DNA from: Heptranchias perlo
Lineage: Eukaryota
Length of the DNA stretch: 64,000 nt
Direction of reading: 5' to 3'
Assembly (NCBI RefSeq): GCF_035084215.1
Contig: NC_090346.1
Location: 15,624,001 to 15,688,000 of the forward strand
The translations under genes were made by a program, and so were the position numbers. The notes beneath the pieces are model-generated. The model did no database searches and had not been told where the DNA came from. It was given only the letters and a program-made list of their open reading frames with translations. Every line of letters begins with the position of its first letter. The stretch's first letter is position 1. Below, piece by piece: positions 1 to 12,061 of the stretch.

Positions 1-1572
1 CGCAGAATGATGAGCATCTGCGACCAGTTCGAACTGGCCTCGGGAGCCAGGGTAAATTGCAGCAAGAGCGAGGCCATATTCTTTGGGAACTGGACCGACC
101 AATCCTTTGTCCCCTTCACCGTCAGGTCAGATTACCTGAAGGTGCTGGGGATCTGGTTCAGGGAAGCCGGGGTGTGCACCAAGAACTGGGAGGTGCATAT
201 TGCTAAAGTGAAGCAGAAACTGGGACTGTGGGATCGACGATCCATCTCGACGGTGGGTAAGAACCTGGTCATCAGGTGCGAGGTGCTATTGGTTTTGCTG
301 TACGTGGCACAGGTCTGGCCCATACCTCACTCCTGTGCCGCGACAGTCACCCGAACCATCTTCCACTTTATCTGGAGATCAAAAATAGACCGCGTCCGCA
401 GGGACACGATGTACAAATCTCCAGAAAAAGGGGGGAAAAATGCCGCCCTCATCCTGATGGCTACCTGTGTGTGCGGCTGCATCAAGACGTGCATAGACCC
501 ACGGTACGCAAACACAAAGTGTCACTACGTGCTAAGGTTCTATCAGTCCCCGGTGTTGCGAAGGATAGGCCTGGCCATGCTGCCATGGAACGCTCCATCC
601 AGTTGGACCATTCCGCCCCACCTGTCCTTCATAGAAAAGTTTGTGCAGAAAAACACCTTTGACCACAAGTCGATCAGGAAGTGGTCTGCACATAACATCC
701 TCAAGACCCTGCGGGAAAAGGAGATGGTGGATCCTGTCGGTTGGTTCCCCGAGCAGACTGTCAAAGTCATTTGGCAGAATGCCTCTCGCCAGAGCTTTCA
801 AACAAGCACCAAGATCCTTCATGCACATCCGGCGTCTCAGTGCCACCGCACGCTGTCCCCGAGGAGGCTGCGGTGGGGATGAAAATGTCACCCATCTCCT
901 TCTGGAATGTGCCCTTGCCCTTGCAAAGAAGGTCTGGAGAGAGATGCAGTGGTATCTGTCCAGGTTCGTCCCGAGCAACTCCATAACACAGGACTTTGTG
1001 CTCTACGGACTGTTCCTTGGGACGCACACCGAAACAAACATCAACTGCTGCTGGAAGACCATCGACTTGCTGGAAGACCATCGACTCGATGAAAGACGCC
1101 CTTTGGTCTGCCCGGAACTTGCTGGTCTTCAAGTGCAAGGAGCTGCCCTTGACAGAGTGTTGCAGACTGGCACATTCCAAGGTCTCGGACTATGTGCTGA
1201 GGGACGCACTGAGGCTGGGTGCGACCACCGCAAAGGCTCTATGGGGAAAAGCCACAGTTTAGAGCCCTCCTGCCATTGTATACTGAGGAGATAGAATCAG
1301 AGAAAAACCCCCTCGAGCTAAATGTAAAATAACAAATGAATGTAATGAAATGTACCTGTAAATAATCTGTAATCAATGAGGCACCGTAGAGTGTCATGAA
1401 CTGTAATTACCATATACGATGTGTAACTATTGTTTGAATCATATTTAAACTGTACTTTATGTATTTTGCAACTGGTATAATCTGTATTGTCTACGTTTGA
1501 AATGTGCTATGGCAACTGTACTGTATATATCGTTGCAAATTTTATGAATAAAATATATTTTTGAAATAAAAA
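1..1572 (+). mobile_element. Tx1-clade (L1 group) non-LTR retrotransposon, 3' part of ORF2 plus 3' UTR, defective; 5' end outside window
   Basis: ORF 7..882 resembles the end of a Tx1 RT (FELASGARVNCSKS, YLKVLGIWF). A Cys/His knuckle CPRGGCGGDENVTHLLLEC follows in another frame. A 19-bp tandem duplication (tgctggaagaccatcgact, ~1049-1086) shifts the frame. The AT-rich UTR ends ...gaataaaatatattttgaaataaaaa. Confidence 0.85.
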
Positions 1573-1574
1573 GA

Positions 1575-1686
1575 ACAGCACGGGTTAGATACAGAGTAAA
1601 GCTCCCTCTACACTGTCCCATCAAACACTCCCAGGGCAGGTACAGCACGGGTTAGATACAGAGTAAAACTCCTTCTGCACTGTCCC
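1575..1686 (+). repeat. 67-bp minisatellite, ~1.7 units
   Basis: Unit acagcacgggttagatacagagtaaagctccctctacactgtcccatcaaacactcccagggcaggt, the same as the array at ~11435-12061. Confidence 0.9.
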
Positions 1687-1931
1687 GCTGACATTCCGAA
1701 TAATGTGACACTAAGTCAGAGCTGGGATCACAAACTCCAAATTAATTGATTCAGCACAGGCACTATGGGCCGAATGGCCTCCTGTATAATTCTATCTTGT
1801 CAGTGATTGATGTCTGTAAAGTTACATATTCAAACTGATATGAAATGTTGACTTTTATTGAAGTAAAACATCTAAAATACTGATACTATATTGTTACAAA
1901 TGATGCTTATCTTGCATTGTTCTTGTTTTAA

Positions 1932-2126
<195 letters not shown>

Positions 2127-2219
2127 TAAGGGCATAAAACACCATGGAAACTATACAGATTATTCTAGAAACAAAGAGACTTCATTGTGTGAGCACGAGT
2201 GATATGAGGGTCAGAATAA

Positions 2220-3082
2220 CTGGGGGGAGGGGGGAGGTGGGGAAGAGGGATCACTGACTCTGACTGTTGGAGGGAGGAAATGTGTGGATGGGGAGGAGGA
2301 GGAGTGTGGATGTGGGGAGGGAGGAGGAGTGTGGGTCGGGGGGGTGAGGAGGAGTGTGGGTGGGGGGGAGGAGGAGTGTGGGTGGGGGGGTGAGGAGGAG
2401 TGTGGGTCGGGGGGGGAGGAGGAGTGTGGGTGGGGGGTGAGGAGGAGCGTGGATGTGGGGGGGGGAGGAGGAGCGTGGATGTGGGGGGGGGAGGAGGAGT
2501 GTGGGTGGGGGGGGGAGGAGGAGTGTGGATGTGGGGGGGGGGAGGAGGAGTGTGGGTGGGGGGGGAGGAGTGTGTGTCGGGGGGAGGAGGAGTGTGGGTG
2601 GGGGGGGAGGAGGAGTGTGGGTGGGGGGGGGAGGAGTGTGTGTCGGGGGGAGGAGGAGTGTGGGTGTGGGAGGGGAGGAGGAGTGTGGGTGGGGGGGGAG
2701 GAGGAGTGTGGGTGGGGGGGGGAGGAGTGTGTGTCGGGGGGAGGAGGAGTGTGGGTGTGGGAGGGGAGGAGGAGTGTGGGTGGGGGGGGAGGAGGAGTGT
2801 GGATGTGGGGGGGGGAGGAGGAGTGTGGGTGGGGGGGTGAGGAGGAGTGTGGGTGGGGGGGGGAGGAGTGTGTGTCGGGGGGAGGAGGAGTGTGGGTGTG
2901 GGAGGGGAGGAGGAGTGTGTGTGAGGTGGGGGGGTGAGGAGGAGTGTGGGTGTGGGAGGGGAGGAGGAGTGTGTGTGAGGTGGGGGGGTGAGGAGGAGTG
3001 TGGGTGGGGGGTGAGGAGGAGTGTGTGTGGGAGTGGAGGAATATATGTGGGAGGGGAGGAGGAGTGTGTGTGAGGTGGAGGG
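2220..3082 (+). repeat. G-rich minisatellite (GAGGAGGAGTGTGGGTGGGGGGG)n, ~22-26 bp variable units
   Basis: Directly visible tandem units with long G runs. Confidence 0.95.
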
Positions 3083-3212
3083 GAGCACTGACACTGACTC
3101 TGTGTGATGGCGGGGGGATTCAGTTTTATAAACTTTATTCCCATTCTCAACCAGATATTTATCCAGCTCCTTTTTTGATCAAATTAACTAACTAACCAAC
3201 AAATCAATCCAC

Positions 3213-3644
3213 TTGATTGGTAGCCCATCCACCACCCTAAACACCCACTCCCTCCACCACCGGTGCACCGTGGCTGCAGTGTGTCTCATCCACAGGATCC
3301 ACTGCAGCAACTCATCAAGGCTTCTTTGACAGCACCTCCCAAACCCGCGACGTTCACCACCTAGGAGGCCTAGGACAGCAGGTGCATGGGAACAACACCA
3401 CCTTCAAGTTCCCCTCCCAGTCACATACCATCCTGACTTGGAAATATATCGGCCATTCCTTCATTGTCGCTGGGTCAAAATCCTGGAACTCCCTACCTAA
3501 CAGCACTGTGGGAGCATCTTCACCTCACGGACTGCAGCGGTTCAAGAAGGTGGCTCACCACCACCTTCTCAAGGGGCAACGAGGGATGGGCAATAAATGC
3601 CGGTCTTGCTAGCAATGCCCACATCCCAAGAATGAATTAAAAAG
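3213..3644 (+). mobile_element. 3' fragment of CR1/L2-group LINE ('family B')
   Basis: Near-identical to the reverse complement of ~8122-8555; tail gggatgggcaataaatgc...cccacatccc..gaatga. Confidence 0.85.
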
Positions 3645-3859
3645 AAACTTGGCCTCAGCTGCTTTCATTGGGATTCTGCTTCATGCCTGTTACTCAGGGA
3701 CACCAGTTTAGTAATCCCCAATCTTGCGGGAGGCTTATTAACTCCAGTTATGTTGCTCCAGTTCTTTGCTCGTGGTCCAAGTCAAATACCCTGGCCTCTG
3801 TACAGTTCCTCCAATAAGTGCCTCGCTTCCCTAACTCTTGGTCTTTTTTCCCCCAACAG

Positions 3860-3994
3860 CAATCTAAAGGATTCTGATAAGGATCGGAGGCTTTCTATTG
3901 GAATTTGGGACTGGGATCTAACCACCAGGAATGATTTCATGGGATCCCTGTCTTTTGGGATCTCGGAGCTGCAGAAAGCTGGGGTCAATGGCTG
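3860..3994 (+). CDS. PRKCB: Protein kinase C beta, coding exon (~exon 7), C2 domain
   Basis: ccaacAG|...|GTaagt, 135 nt. Encodes [45 protein letters not shown]. Confidence 0.97.
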
Positions 3995-4001
3995 GTAAGT
4001 G

Positions 4002-4635
4002 GAACATCTCCCGTCTCCGCCCCTGCCTCAGCTCATATGCTGCTGAAGCCCTCATCCATGCCTTTGTTACCTCTAGACTTGACTATTACAATGCTGTCCT
4101 GGCCGGCATCCCATCTTCCACCTCCATAAACTTGAGCTCATCCAAAACTCTGCTGTCCATATCCTAACTCACACCAAGTCCCGTTCTCCCATCATCCCAG
4201 TGCTCGCTGACCTACGTTGACTCCCAGCCTCGATTTTTAAAATTCTCATCCTTGTTTTCAAATCTCTCCGTGGCCTCGCCTCTCCATATCTCTGTAACCT
4301 CCTCCACTCCTACAACTCTCCGAGATCTCTGCGCTCCTACAGTTCTTGCCTCTTGCGCATCCCCGATTTTAATCGCTCCACCATTGGCGGCCATGCTTTT
4401 AGCTGCCTAGGCCCTAAGCTCTGGAATTCCCTCCCTAAACCTCTCCATCTCTCTACCTCTCTCTCCTCCTTTAAGACGCTCCTTAAAACCCACCTCTTTG
4501 ACCAAGGTTTTTGGTCATCTGTCCTAATATCTCCTTATGTGGCTCAGTGTCAAATTTTGTTTGATAATTGCTCCTGTGAAGCACCTTGGGACGTTTTACT
4601 ACGTTAAAGGCACTATATAAATGCAAGTTATTGTT
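4002..4635 (+). mobile_element. L2 LINE 3' fragment
   Basis: Translates to the typical L2 ORF2 motifs AAEALIHAFVTSRLDY and AFSCLGPKLWNSLP; tail ttgggacg...aaaggcactatataaatgcaagtt. Confidence 0.85.
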
Positions 4636-5746
4636 TTTGACTGTTCCTTTCGCACATCATAACATTACTTTCTCTCTGTCAGAAGATGATGGGAAATGAG
4701 AAGCTTCATTTAACGTGTTATTATCAGATAATTTAGTACAGAAATGGTTCCTATTATAAGCTCGGTGGTTTGGATAACATCAGCTCCCCGAGTATCTGTA
4801 AAGTGCAGTTTAACTGCACTGGCCAGAGGGAGAGGCAGGGTTACTCTGCAGCCACCTTCCCTTCAGTCCATTAACCTGACTGCCCACTCATCAGTAAAAT
4901 TAACCATAGGAACAGGAGGAGGCCATTCAGTTAGATCATGGTTGACCTGTACCTCAACTCCATTTACCTGCCTTTGGTCATACGGATTTAACTTTTAAAC
5001 GATAGTGATTTAATGCGGATGTGTTAGCTCTGGGGTGTCGTGTTTCATAGTTCCCGATCTCAGTGAGGGGGGTGGGGGAAGAATGATTTCTAAATGATTC
5101 AATGTTCCCTCCCACCATGCAGCAGAGAGTTTTTCTGCTTCTGCCGTCCTCTCACCCGAAGGTAGTGACTCCTTCCTGGGCTGCAGTATCTTGGGCGTTG
5201 GCTGCCCTTTCCTGCCTCACCCAATCGGGCACACTTCATGCATTCAGTTTTTACAGGTTATTTGACCATGGGAGGGGGCTTCGGAGCCCAGCCAGATCCC
5301 CTCCTCACCTGGAATGCACACACCCGCAGTATATTTTCGTGGTGAATTTGGATGTCGTTATCTCTATGTTCTTACTCCGGCACTAAACTCTTGGTGCAGC
5401 CTCTGTAGGTGCTCTTCACCAACCATCTGTACGGGGAATGTGTAACGGTTAGCAGAGCATTTACAGCACTGCAGTGAAGAAGGGACCCTGCTCAACTCCG
5501 AGCCTCTGAAGACATGGGGTCTCAAATCAGAGCCCTGGAGCTAACATTGAATGCCCTGCAGAAATATTAAATTTAATCAGAAAATGCAGCATTAAAACTA
5601 GACTAGTTTACATTCAAGGTATATTATTAGACTTCACTCACTTTGTGAAATGTTTAAACCAAAAACTGAGATTGCTGGATTGAAGTTATATCAAAAAGGT
5701 AGGTCTCAGGCAGTTTGAAAATTAACATAAATCTCTTCTTGCACAG

Positions 5747-5846
5747 GTACAAGTTGCTGAGCCAGGAAGAAGGAGAATATTACAATGTGCCAGTGCCACC
5801 TGAAGAGGACATTGAAGGAAATGAGGAGCTGAGGCAGAAGTTTGAG
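5747..5846 (+). CDS. PRKCB: Protein kinase C beta, coding exon (~exon 8), end of C2 / V3 hinge
   Basis: gcacAG|...|GTgaat, 100 nt. Encodes [33 protein letters not shown]. Confidence 0.96.
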
Positions 5847-6001
5847 GTGAATCACATTCCAAGAACCAGATTCAGAAGGGCAGCTGGGGGAAGTGGTTCG
5901 TATAGCAACGCACCCTGAATAAGTAACACAGGCAAAGAGAGCTGACAGCGCTGTAGATGAAATGAAAGGACAATGATGATGAAATCTTAACATTCAGCCA
6001 G

Positions 6002-6183
6002 TAAATCACTCCGAACCCCTCGATTAGATCCCAGCCTATAACTCACTCCCGGGTATCTGTTATTTTATACATAAACCATCAGAAGCCCTCGATTAGATCC
6101 AGCCTGTAACTCACCCCCGGGTATCTCTTCTATATATAAACCCCCCGAACCCCTCGATTAGATTCCAGTCTGTAACTCACTCT
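6002..6183 (+). repeat. ~69-bp minisatellite, ~2.7 units
   Basis: Unit ccgaacccctcgattagattccagcctgtaactcactcccgggtatctgttattctatatataaacc; cgattag recurs at 6021, 6090 and 6155. Confidence 0.9.
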
Positions 6184-6798
6184 CATACTTCCATCCACTA
6201 AACTTGAGGTGGGCTCAGAGTTAGAGAAAGTGAGCTGTGACTATCTGTGAGGATGTAGGGAGACTGTGCGGGATGGTGTATTTGGAGATCAGAGGGGCCA
6301 GAAGAGGAAAGTTGAAAAGATCCCTTTTTGCAGAGCCTGTGTTGCAGGCAGTTTAAAGCTATTCTTTCAGCTGTTATTTACAGTGTGGAGAAAGACTGGT
6401 GATGGACTGTTTGTCCAATGAACCACCCAGGTGGTCAGCATTTGTTGTCCGTACTTCAGACAAATGGACTGTAAGGCCTGCGGCATTTAACTCTGCAATT
6501 AATTGAAATTCTGTTTGTGCACACATCACCCATCTCTGCCTGTCAGTCTGCTAATTAACCTTTATTTCTGTGCTCACTGTCACACACTCATCTACCCTGG
6601 TGTTGGTGCAGTGATTGCTGCCGGCTGCTCACGGCTGTTAACTCGACTGTACTCAATTCAAAGGGCGGAGGGAATGTTGGGACAGTGCAGAGAATTCTTT
6701 TCATCAGGGCCAAGGATATATTCTTCACCCTGACACTTCACTGTATCTATTGCTCCACCAGCCCCTCGCTGCTGTGGGCATATTCCAGCAAGGTTGAT

Positions 6799-6913
6799 GT
6801 ATATAGAATAACAGATACCCGGGAGTGAGTTACAGGCTGGAATCTAATCGAGGGGTTCGGGTGGTTTATAAATAGAATAACAGATACCCGGGAATGAGTT
6901 ACAGGCTGGAATC
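6799..6913 (-). repeat. ~69-bp minisatellite, inverted copy, ~1.7 units
   Basis: Reverse complement of the unit at 6002-6183; acagataccc recurs at 6811 and 6880. Confidence 0.9.
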
Positions 6914-7829
6914 CTGTTTGGGAGGGAGAGTTATGGTGAAACATTCAGGGAGGTTACACTGTTGTTGCTCGAATTCTGTGAAGAATAGAAGCAGCATTGA
7001 TCGGAGGGCTCAGCTGAATGATGCTGATCAAGGGTTTGTTCACTTTAAACTGGTGTTCTCATTGACTTGTGCAACATCAGTTCTTTTGTTCTTGATTTTA
7101 CCGCTTGCAATGAAATGATTGCCCTGCTGCCTATTGTGGGGTCAGCTGCATACAGCTAGCACCTCAACAGTGCACCTCTCACATCCCCATACAGTCTTAC
7201 TCTAATCACTCCCAGTGGCACCCCCCAGACCCCATCAGCACTTCCTACAACGAGCATCCCAGCACCTCTCAAAGTGTGTGACCCCCAACCTCCACCATTC
7301 CCAGAGCCCCAGCACCTCCCATGCCATCCTCTCCCAAACACTCCCAGTGGTCCTCAGCTTTTCTCAAAGAGTGCATCTAACAGCCACAACTGCTCCTGGG
7401 GCCCCACACAACTCCACCCCACTCCTAATTCTCTATCCTTGGCATTGCCCAGCCAAGGCCATTGCCTGTAGTGCCTCCTGGGGCTCTGCTCCCAATTCAG
7501 CCCACTGATGTAACTGTGCCCCACTTCCCCAGTATTTTTTGGGCTCTACCTCTAGCAGTGCCCACTCTTGGAGGCTCAGCTCCAGCCCCTCCCACTTGTG
7601 GGATCCACCTTAGCATTGCCCACTCCTGTGGCTCCATCATAGCCCCTCCCACTATTCTGACTCCACCCCCAGCCGCTTTTACTCTGTGGTTCCCTCCCAT
7701 GCCGGACTCTGTAATGGCCCCTCCAACTCTTGGGGCTCTGTTTAAAAACCCTTCCCACTCGGGTCTGTAATTGCCCCCCCCCCCCCCCCCACAGTTTTAT
7801 TTTTAGCTGCTGTTGTATTTTATTTCCAG

Positions 7830-7976
7830 AGAGCTAAAATTGGGCCGGGTTGTAAGGCAGCGGAGGAGAAGAGATCCAGCTCATGGTCCAAAATTGACAA
7901 CAATGGCAACCGGGATCGGATGAAGCTAACTGACTTCAACTTCTTGATGGTGCTGGGGAAAGGCAGCTTCGGGAAG
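7830..7976 (+). CDS. PRKCB: Protein kinase C beta, coding exon (~exon 9), hinge and Gly-rich ATP loop
   Basis: tttccAG|...|GTaaga, 147 nt. Encodes RAKIGPGCKAAEEKRSSSWSKIDNNGNRDRMKLTDFNFLMVLGKGSFGK. Confidence 0.97.
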
Positions 7977-8121
7977 GTAAGAGTCGCACTATCCACGGGC
8001 TCGGTCTCTGTTGTTGTTGTATGTGGGAAGCAGCCTGCCTGGTATACTCTCGCACCGTCTCTGCTCAACACGTTGCATGTGCCAGGAATTTTCTCCAGGG
8101 GGAATTGAACTGTTGTTGTTT

Positions 8122-10300
8122 CTTTTATGAATCGTTCATGGGATGTGGGCGTCGCTGGCAAGGCCAGCATTTATTGCCCATCCCTAATTGCCCTTGAGAA
8201 GGTGGTGGTGAGCCGCCTTCTTGAACCACTGCAGTCCGTGTGGTGAAGATTCTCCTACAGTGCTGTTAGGTAGGGAGTTCGAGGATTTTGACCCAGCGAC
8301 GATGAAGGAACGGCGATATATTTCCAAGTCGGGATGGTGTGTGACTTGGAGGGGAACGTGCAGGTGGTGTTGTTCCCATGTGCCTGCTGCCCTTGTCCTT
8401 CTAGGTGGTAGAAAGTCGCGGGTTTGGGAGGTGCTGTCGAAGAAGCCTTGGCGAGTTGCTGCAGTGCATCCTGTGGATGGTACACACTGCAGCCACAGTG
8501 CGCCGGTGGTGAAGGGAGTGAATGTTTAGGGTGGTGGATGGGGTGCCAATCAAGCGGGCTGCTTTGTCCTGGATGGTGTCGAGCTTCTTGAGTGTTGTTG
8601 GAGCTGTACTCATCCAGGCAAGTGGACAGTATTCCATCACACTCCTGACTTGTGCCTTGCAGATGGTGGAAAGGCTTTGGGGAGTCAGGAGGTGAGTCAT
8701 TCGCCACAGAATACCAAGTCTCTGACCTGCTTTTGTAGCCACAGTATTTATATGGCTGGTCCAGTTAAGCTTTTGGTCAATGGTGACCCCCAGGATGTTG
8801 TTGGTGGGGGATTCGGCGATGGTAATGCTGTTGAATGTCAAGGGGAGGTGGTTAGACTCTCTCTTGTTGGAGATGGTCATTGCCTGGCACTTGTCTGGTG
8901 CGAATGTTACTTGCCACTTATCAGCCCAAGCCTGGATGTTGTCCAGGACTTGCTGCATGCGGGCATGGACTGCTTCATTATCTGAGGAACTGCGAATGGA
9001 ACTGAACACTGTGTAATCATCAGCGAACATCCCCATTTCTGACCTTACGATGGAGGGAAGGTCATTGATGAAGCAGCTGAAGATGGTTGGGCCAAGGACA
9101 CTGCCCTGAGGAACTCCTGCAGCAATGTCCTGGGGCTGAGATGATTGGCCTCCAACAACCAATACCATCTTCCTTTGTGCAAGGTATGACTCCAGCCACT
9201 GGAGAGTTTTCCCCGATTCCCATTGGCTTCAATTTTACTAGAGCTCCTTGGAGCCACACTCGGTCAAATGCTGCCTTGATGTCAAGGGCAGTCAATCTGA
9301 CCTCACCTCTGGAATTCAGCTCTTTTGTCCATGTTTGGACCAAGGCTGGAATGAGGACTGGAGCCGAGTGGTCCTGGCGGAACCCAAACTGAGCATCGGT
9401 GAGCAGGTTATTGGTAAGTGCCGCTTGATAGCATTGTCGACGACACCTTCCATCACTTTGCTGATGATTGAGAGTGGACTGATGGGGCGGTAATTGGCCG
9501 GATTGGATTTGTCCTGCTTTTTGTGGACAGGACATACCTGGGCAATTTTCCACATTGTCGGGTGGGTGCCAGTGTTGTAGCTGTACTGGAACAGTTTGGC
9601 TAGAGGCGTGGCTAGTTCTGGAGCACAAGTCTTCAGCACTACAGCCGGGATGTTGTCGTGGCCCATAGCCTTTGTTGTATCCAGTGCACTCAGCCATTTC
9701 TTGATATCACGTGGAGTAAATCGAATTGGCTGAAGACTGGCTTCTGTGATGGTGGGGATATCGGGAGGAGGTCGAGATGGATCATCCACTCGGCACTCCT
9801 GGCTGAATATGGTTGTAAATGCTTCAGCCTTGTCTTTTGCATTCACGTGCTGGACTCCGCCATCATTGAGGATGGGGATGTTTACAGAGCCTCCTCCTCC
9901 CGTTGGTTGTTTAATTGTCCACCACCATTCACGAGTGGATGTGGCAGGACTGCAGAGCTTTGATCTGATCCATTGGTTGTGGAATCACTTAGCTCTGTCT
10001 ATAGCATGTTGCTTCCGCTGTTTAACATGTATTAGTCCTGAGTTGTAGCTTCACCAGGTTGGCGCCTCATTTTTAGGTACGCCTGGTGCTGCTCCTGGCA
10101 TGCTCTTCTACACTCCTCATTGAACCAGGGTTGATCCCCTGGCTTGTTGGTAATGGTAGAGTGAGGAATATGCCGGGCCATGAGGTTACAGATTGTGCTG
10201 GAGTACAATTCTGCTTCTGCTGATGGCCCACAGCGCCTCATGGATGCCCAGTTTTGAGCTACTAGATCTGTTCTGAATCTATCTCATTTAGCACTGTTGT
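8122..10300 (-). mobile_element. CR1/L2-group LINE ('family B'), 5'-truncated, frameshifted RT
   Basis: ORFs 9316..9846, 9062..9697 and 8401..9168 carry RT motifs NYRPIS, QFGFRQ, LDIKAAFDRV, GVPQGSVLGP and FADD. Confidence 0.9.
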
Positions 10301-10610
10301 AATGTAGGAAACGTGTCATCAATGTGATAATGACCAGATAATCTGTTTTAGTGATGTTGGTTGAGGGATAAATATTGGCCCAGGACACTGAGGAGAACTC
10401 CCCAACTCGTCTTCGAAATAGTGCCATGGCATCGTTTGCATCCACCGGAGAGGGCAGACAGGGCCTCGGTTTATTGTCTCATCCAAAAGACTCCCTCAGT
10501 ACTGCACTGCAGTGTCAGCCTAGGTTTTGTGCTCAAGTCCCTGGAGTGGAACTTGAACTCACAACCTTCTGACTTAGAGGTGAGAGTGAGACTGACTGAG
10601 CCACGGCTGA
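10300..10610 (-). mobile_element. tRNA-headed DeuSINE (SacSINE1-like), 3' tail missing
   Basis: The reverse strand has an A/B-box head (tggctcagt...gagttcaagttcc) and a central Deu-like domain; homologous to 27190-27645. Confidence 0.75.
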
Positions 10611-11434
10611 CCTCCAATATGGCGGGCAGGAAGCGCAGGCTCATTAAGAGCCAGGATGCTAGATGATAAAAGACCAATGTCCATCTAGTTCTCCTCCTAC
10701 CATCCCAGTAGTCGCATGATACAACATCGATTAAACCAATGAGTTGGTGAGAGGGCTGTGAGTCAGTTGCACAGAGCTGAATTTTATCTTGTTGTGCGTT
10801 CTCCGTGGTTTTATTGTCTAACAGAACATTGCCTCCTTTTGTGCACCGTAGGGTGTTTGAGCGAGTCTCTCTGATGTGTTTGCTGTTGTGTGGAGTGAGG
10901 GATACATTCTGAATTAGGTGACTGGGATCTGTCATTTGATTCATAACACCCTCTTCTCACCCTGGGGGTTTAGATCAAAATTGAATGACTAAGAGTTGGG
11001 CCTCCAGTACATCATTTACATCCACTGCAGTCGTTCCAAACAGATGGCTCAGAATTGGTGCTTGTAATCAGTTCTGTGCCCAGGAGGAGCTTGAGGTTTC
11101 TCTCTTCTAAAATCCCATTAACTCTGATCTAGAAATGAATACATTTTCACTGCCACCCAGTCTCTCACCCCTTGCATCCAGTTGTTAGCCGATAATGAGA
11201 GAAGACAAATGACCAGCCGGTTTGAGCCAGATTGTCCGGATTCAGGTTTGGTCACCCAGAAATTTTGATAATTGAAAACTGGACAGAATTTTTTTTTCAT
11301 TGCAGCACAAAAATAATGACATTATGGCTAATTCAGGTGTAGGGTCCACACTACACGATGCAGGATCCTGAGCCAGGTTTATCAGATGCTACAAAGCCAT
11401 CTCACAAATCTCATTCAAACCCGTTCCCTGCACT

Positions 11435-12061
11435 GTAAAGTTCCCTCTATATTGACCCATCAAACACTCCCAGGGCAAGTACAGCACAGGTTAGATTCAG
11501 AGTAAAGCTCCCTCTACACTGTCCCATCAAACACTCCCAGGGCAGGTACAGCACGGGTTAGATTCAGAGTAAAGCTCGCTCTACACTGTCCCATCAAACA
11601 CTCCCAGGGCAGATACAACACGGGTTAGATACAGAATAAAGCTCCCTCTACACTGTCCCATCAAACACTCCCAGGGCAGTTACAGCACGGGTTAGATACA
11701 GAATAAAGCTCCCTCTACACTGTCCCATCAAACACTCCCAGGGCAGGTACAGCACGGGTTAGATACAGAGTAAAGCTCCCTCTACACTGTCCCATCAAAC
11801 ACTCCCAGGGCAGGTACAGCACGGGTTAGATTCAGAGTAAAGCTCGCTCTACACTGTCCCATCAAACACTCCCAGGGCAGATACAGCACGGGTTAGATAC
11901 AGAATAAAGCTCGCTCTACACTGTCCCATCAAACACTCCCAGGGCAGGTACAGCACGGGTTAGATACAGAATAAAGCTCGCTCTACACTGTCCCATCAAA
12001 CACTCCCAGGGCAGGTACAGCACGGGTTAGATTCAGAGTAAAGCTCTCGCTACACTGTCCC
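11435..12061 (+). repeat. 67-bp minisatellite array, ~9 units
   Basis: caaacactccc at 11461, 11528 and onward gives period 67; units are nearly identical with no spacers. Confidence 0.95.

Noticed and set aside
2165-3150. Long Pro/His/Thr-rich and Gly/Glu-rich ORFs on both strands
   Set aside because: Translations of the G-rich minisatellite; open in several frames only because the unit lacks stop codons.
11435-12061. CRISPR-like regular array
   Set aside because: Pure head-to-tail tandem units with no unique spacers, no cas genes, and a eukaryotic intron context.
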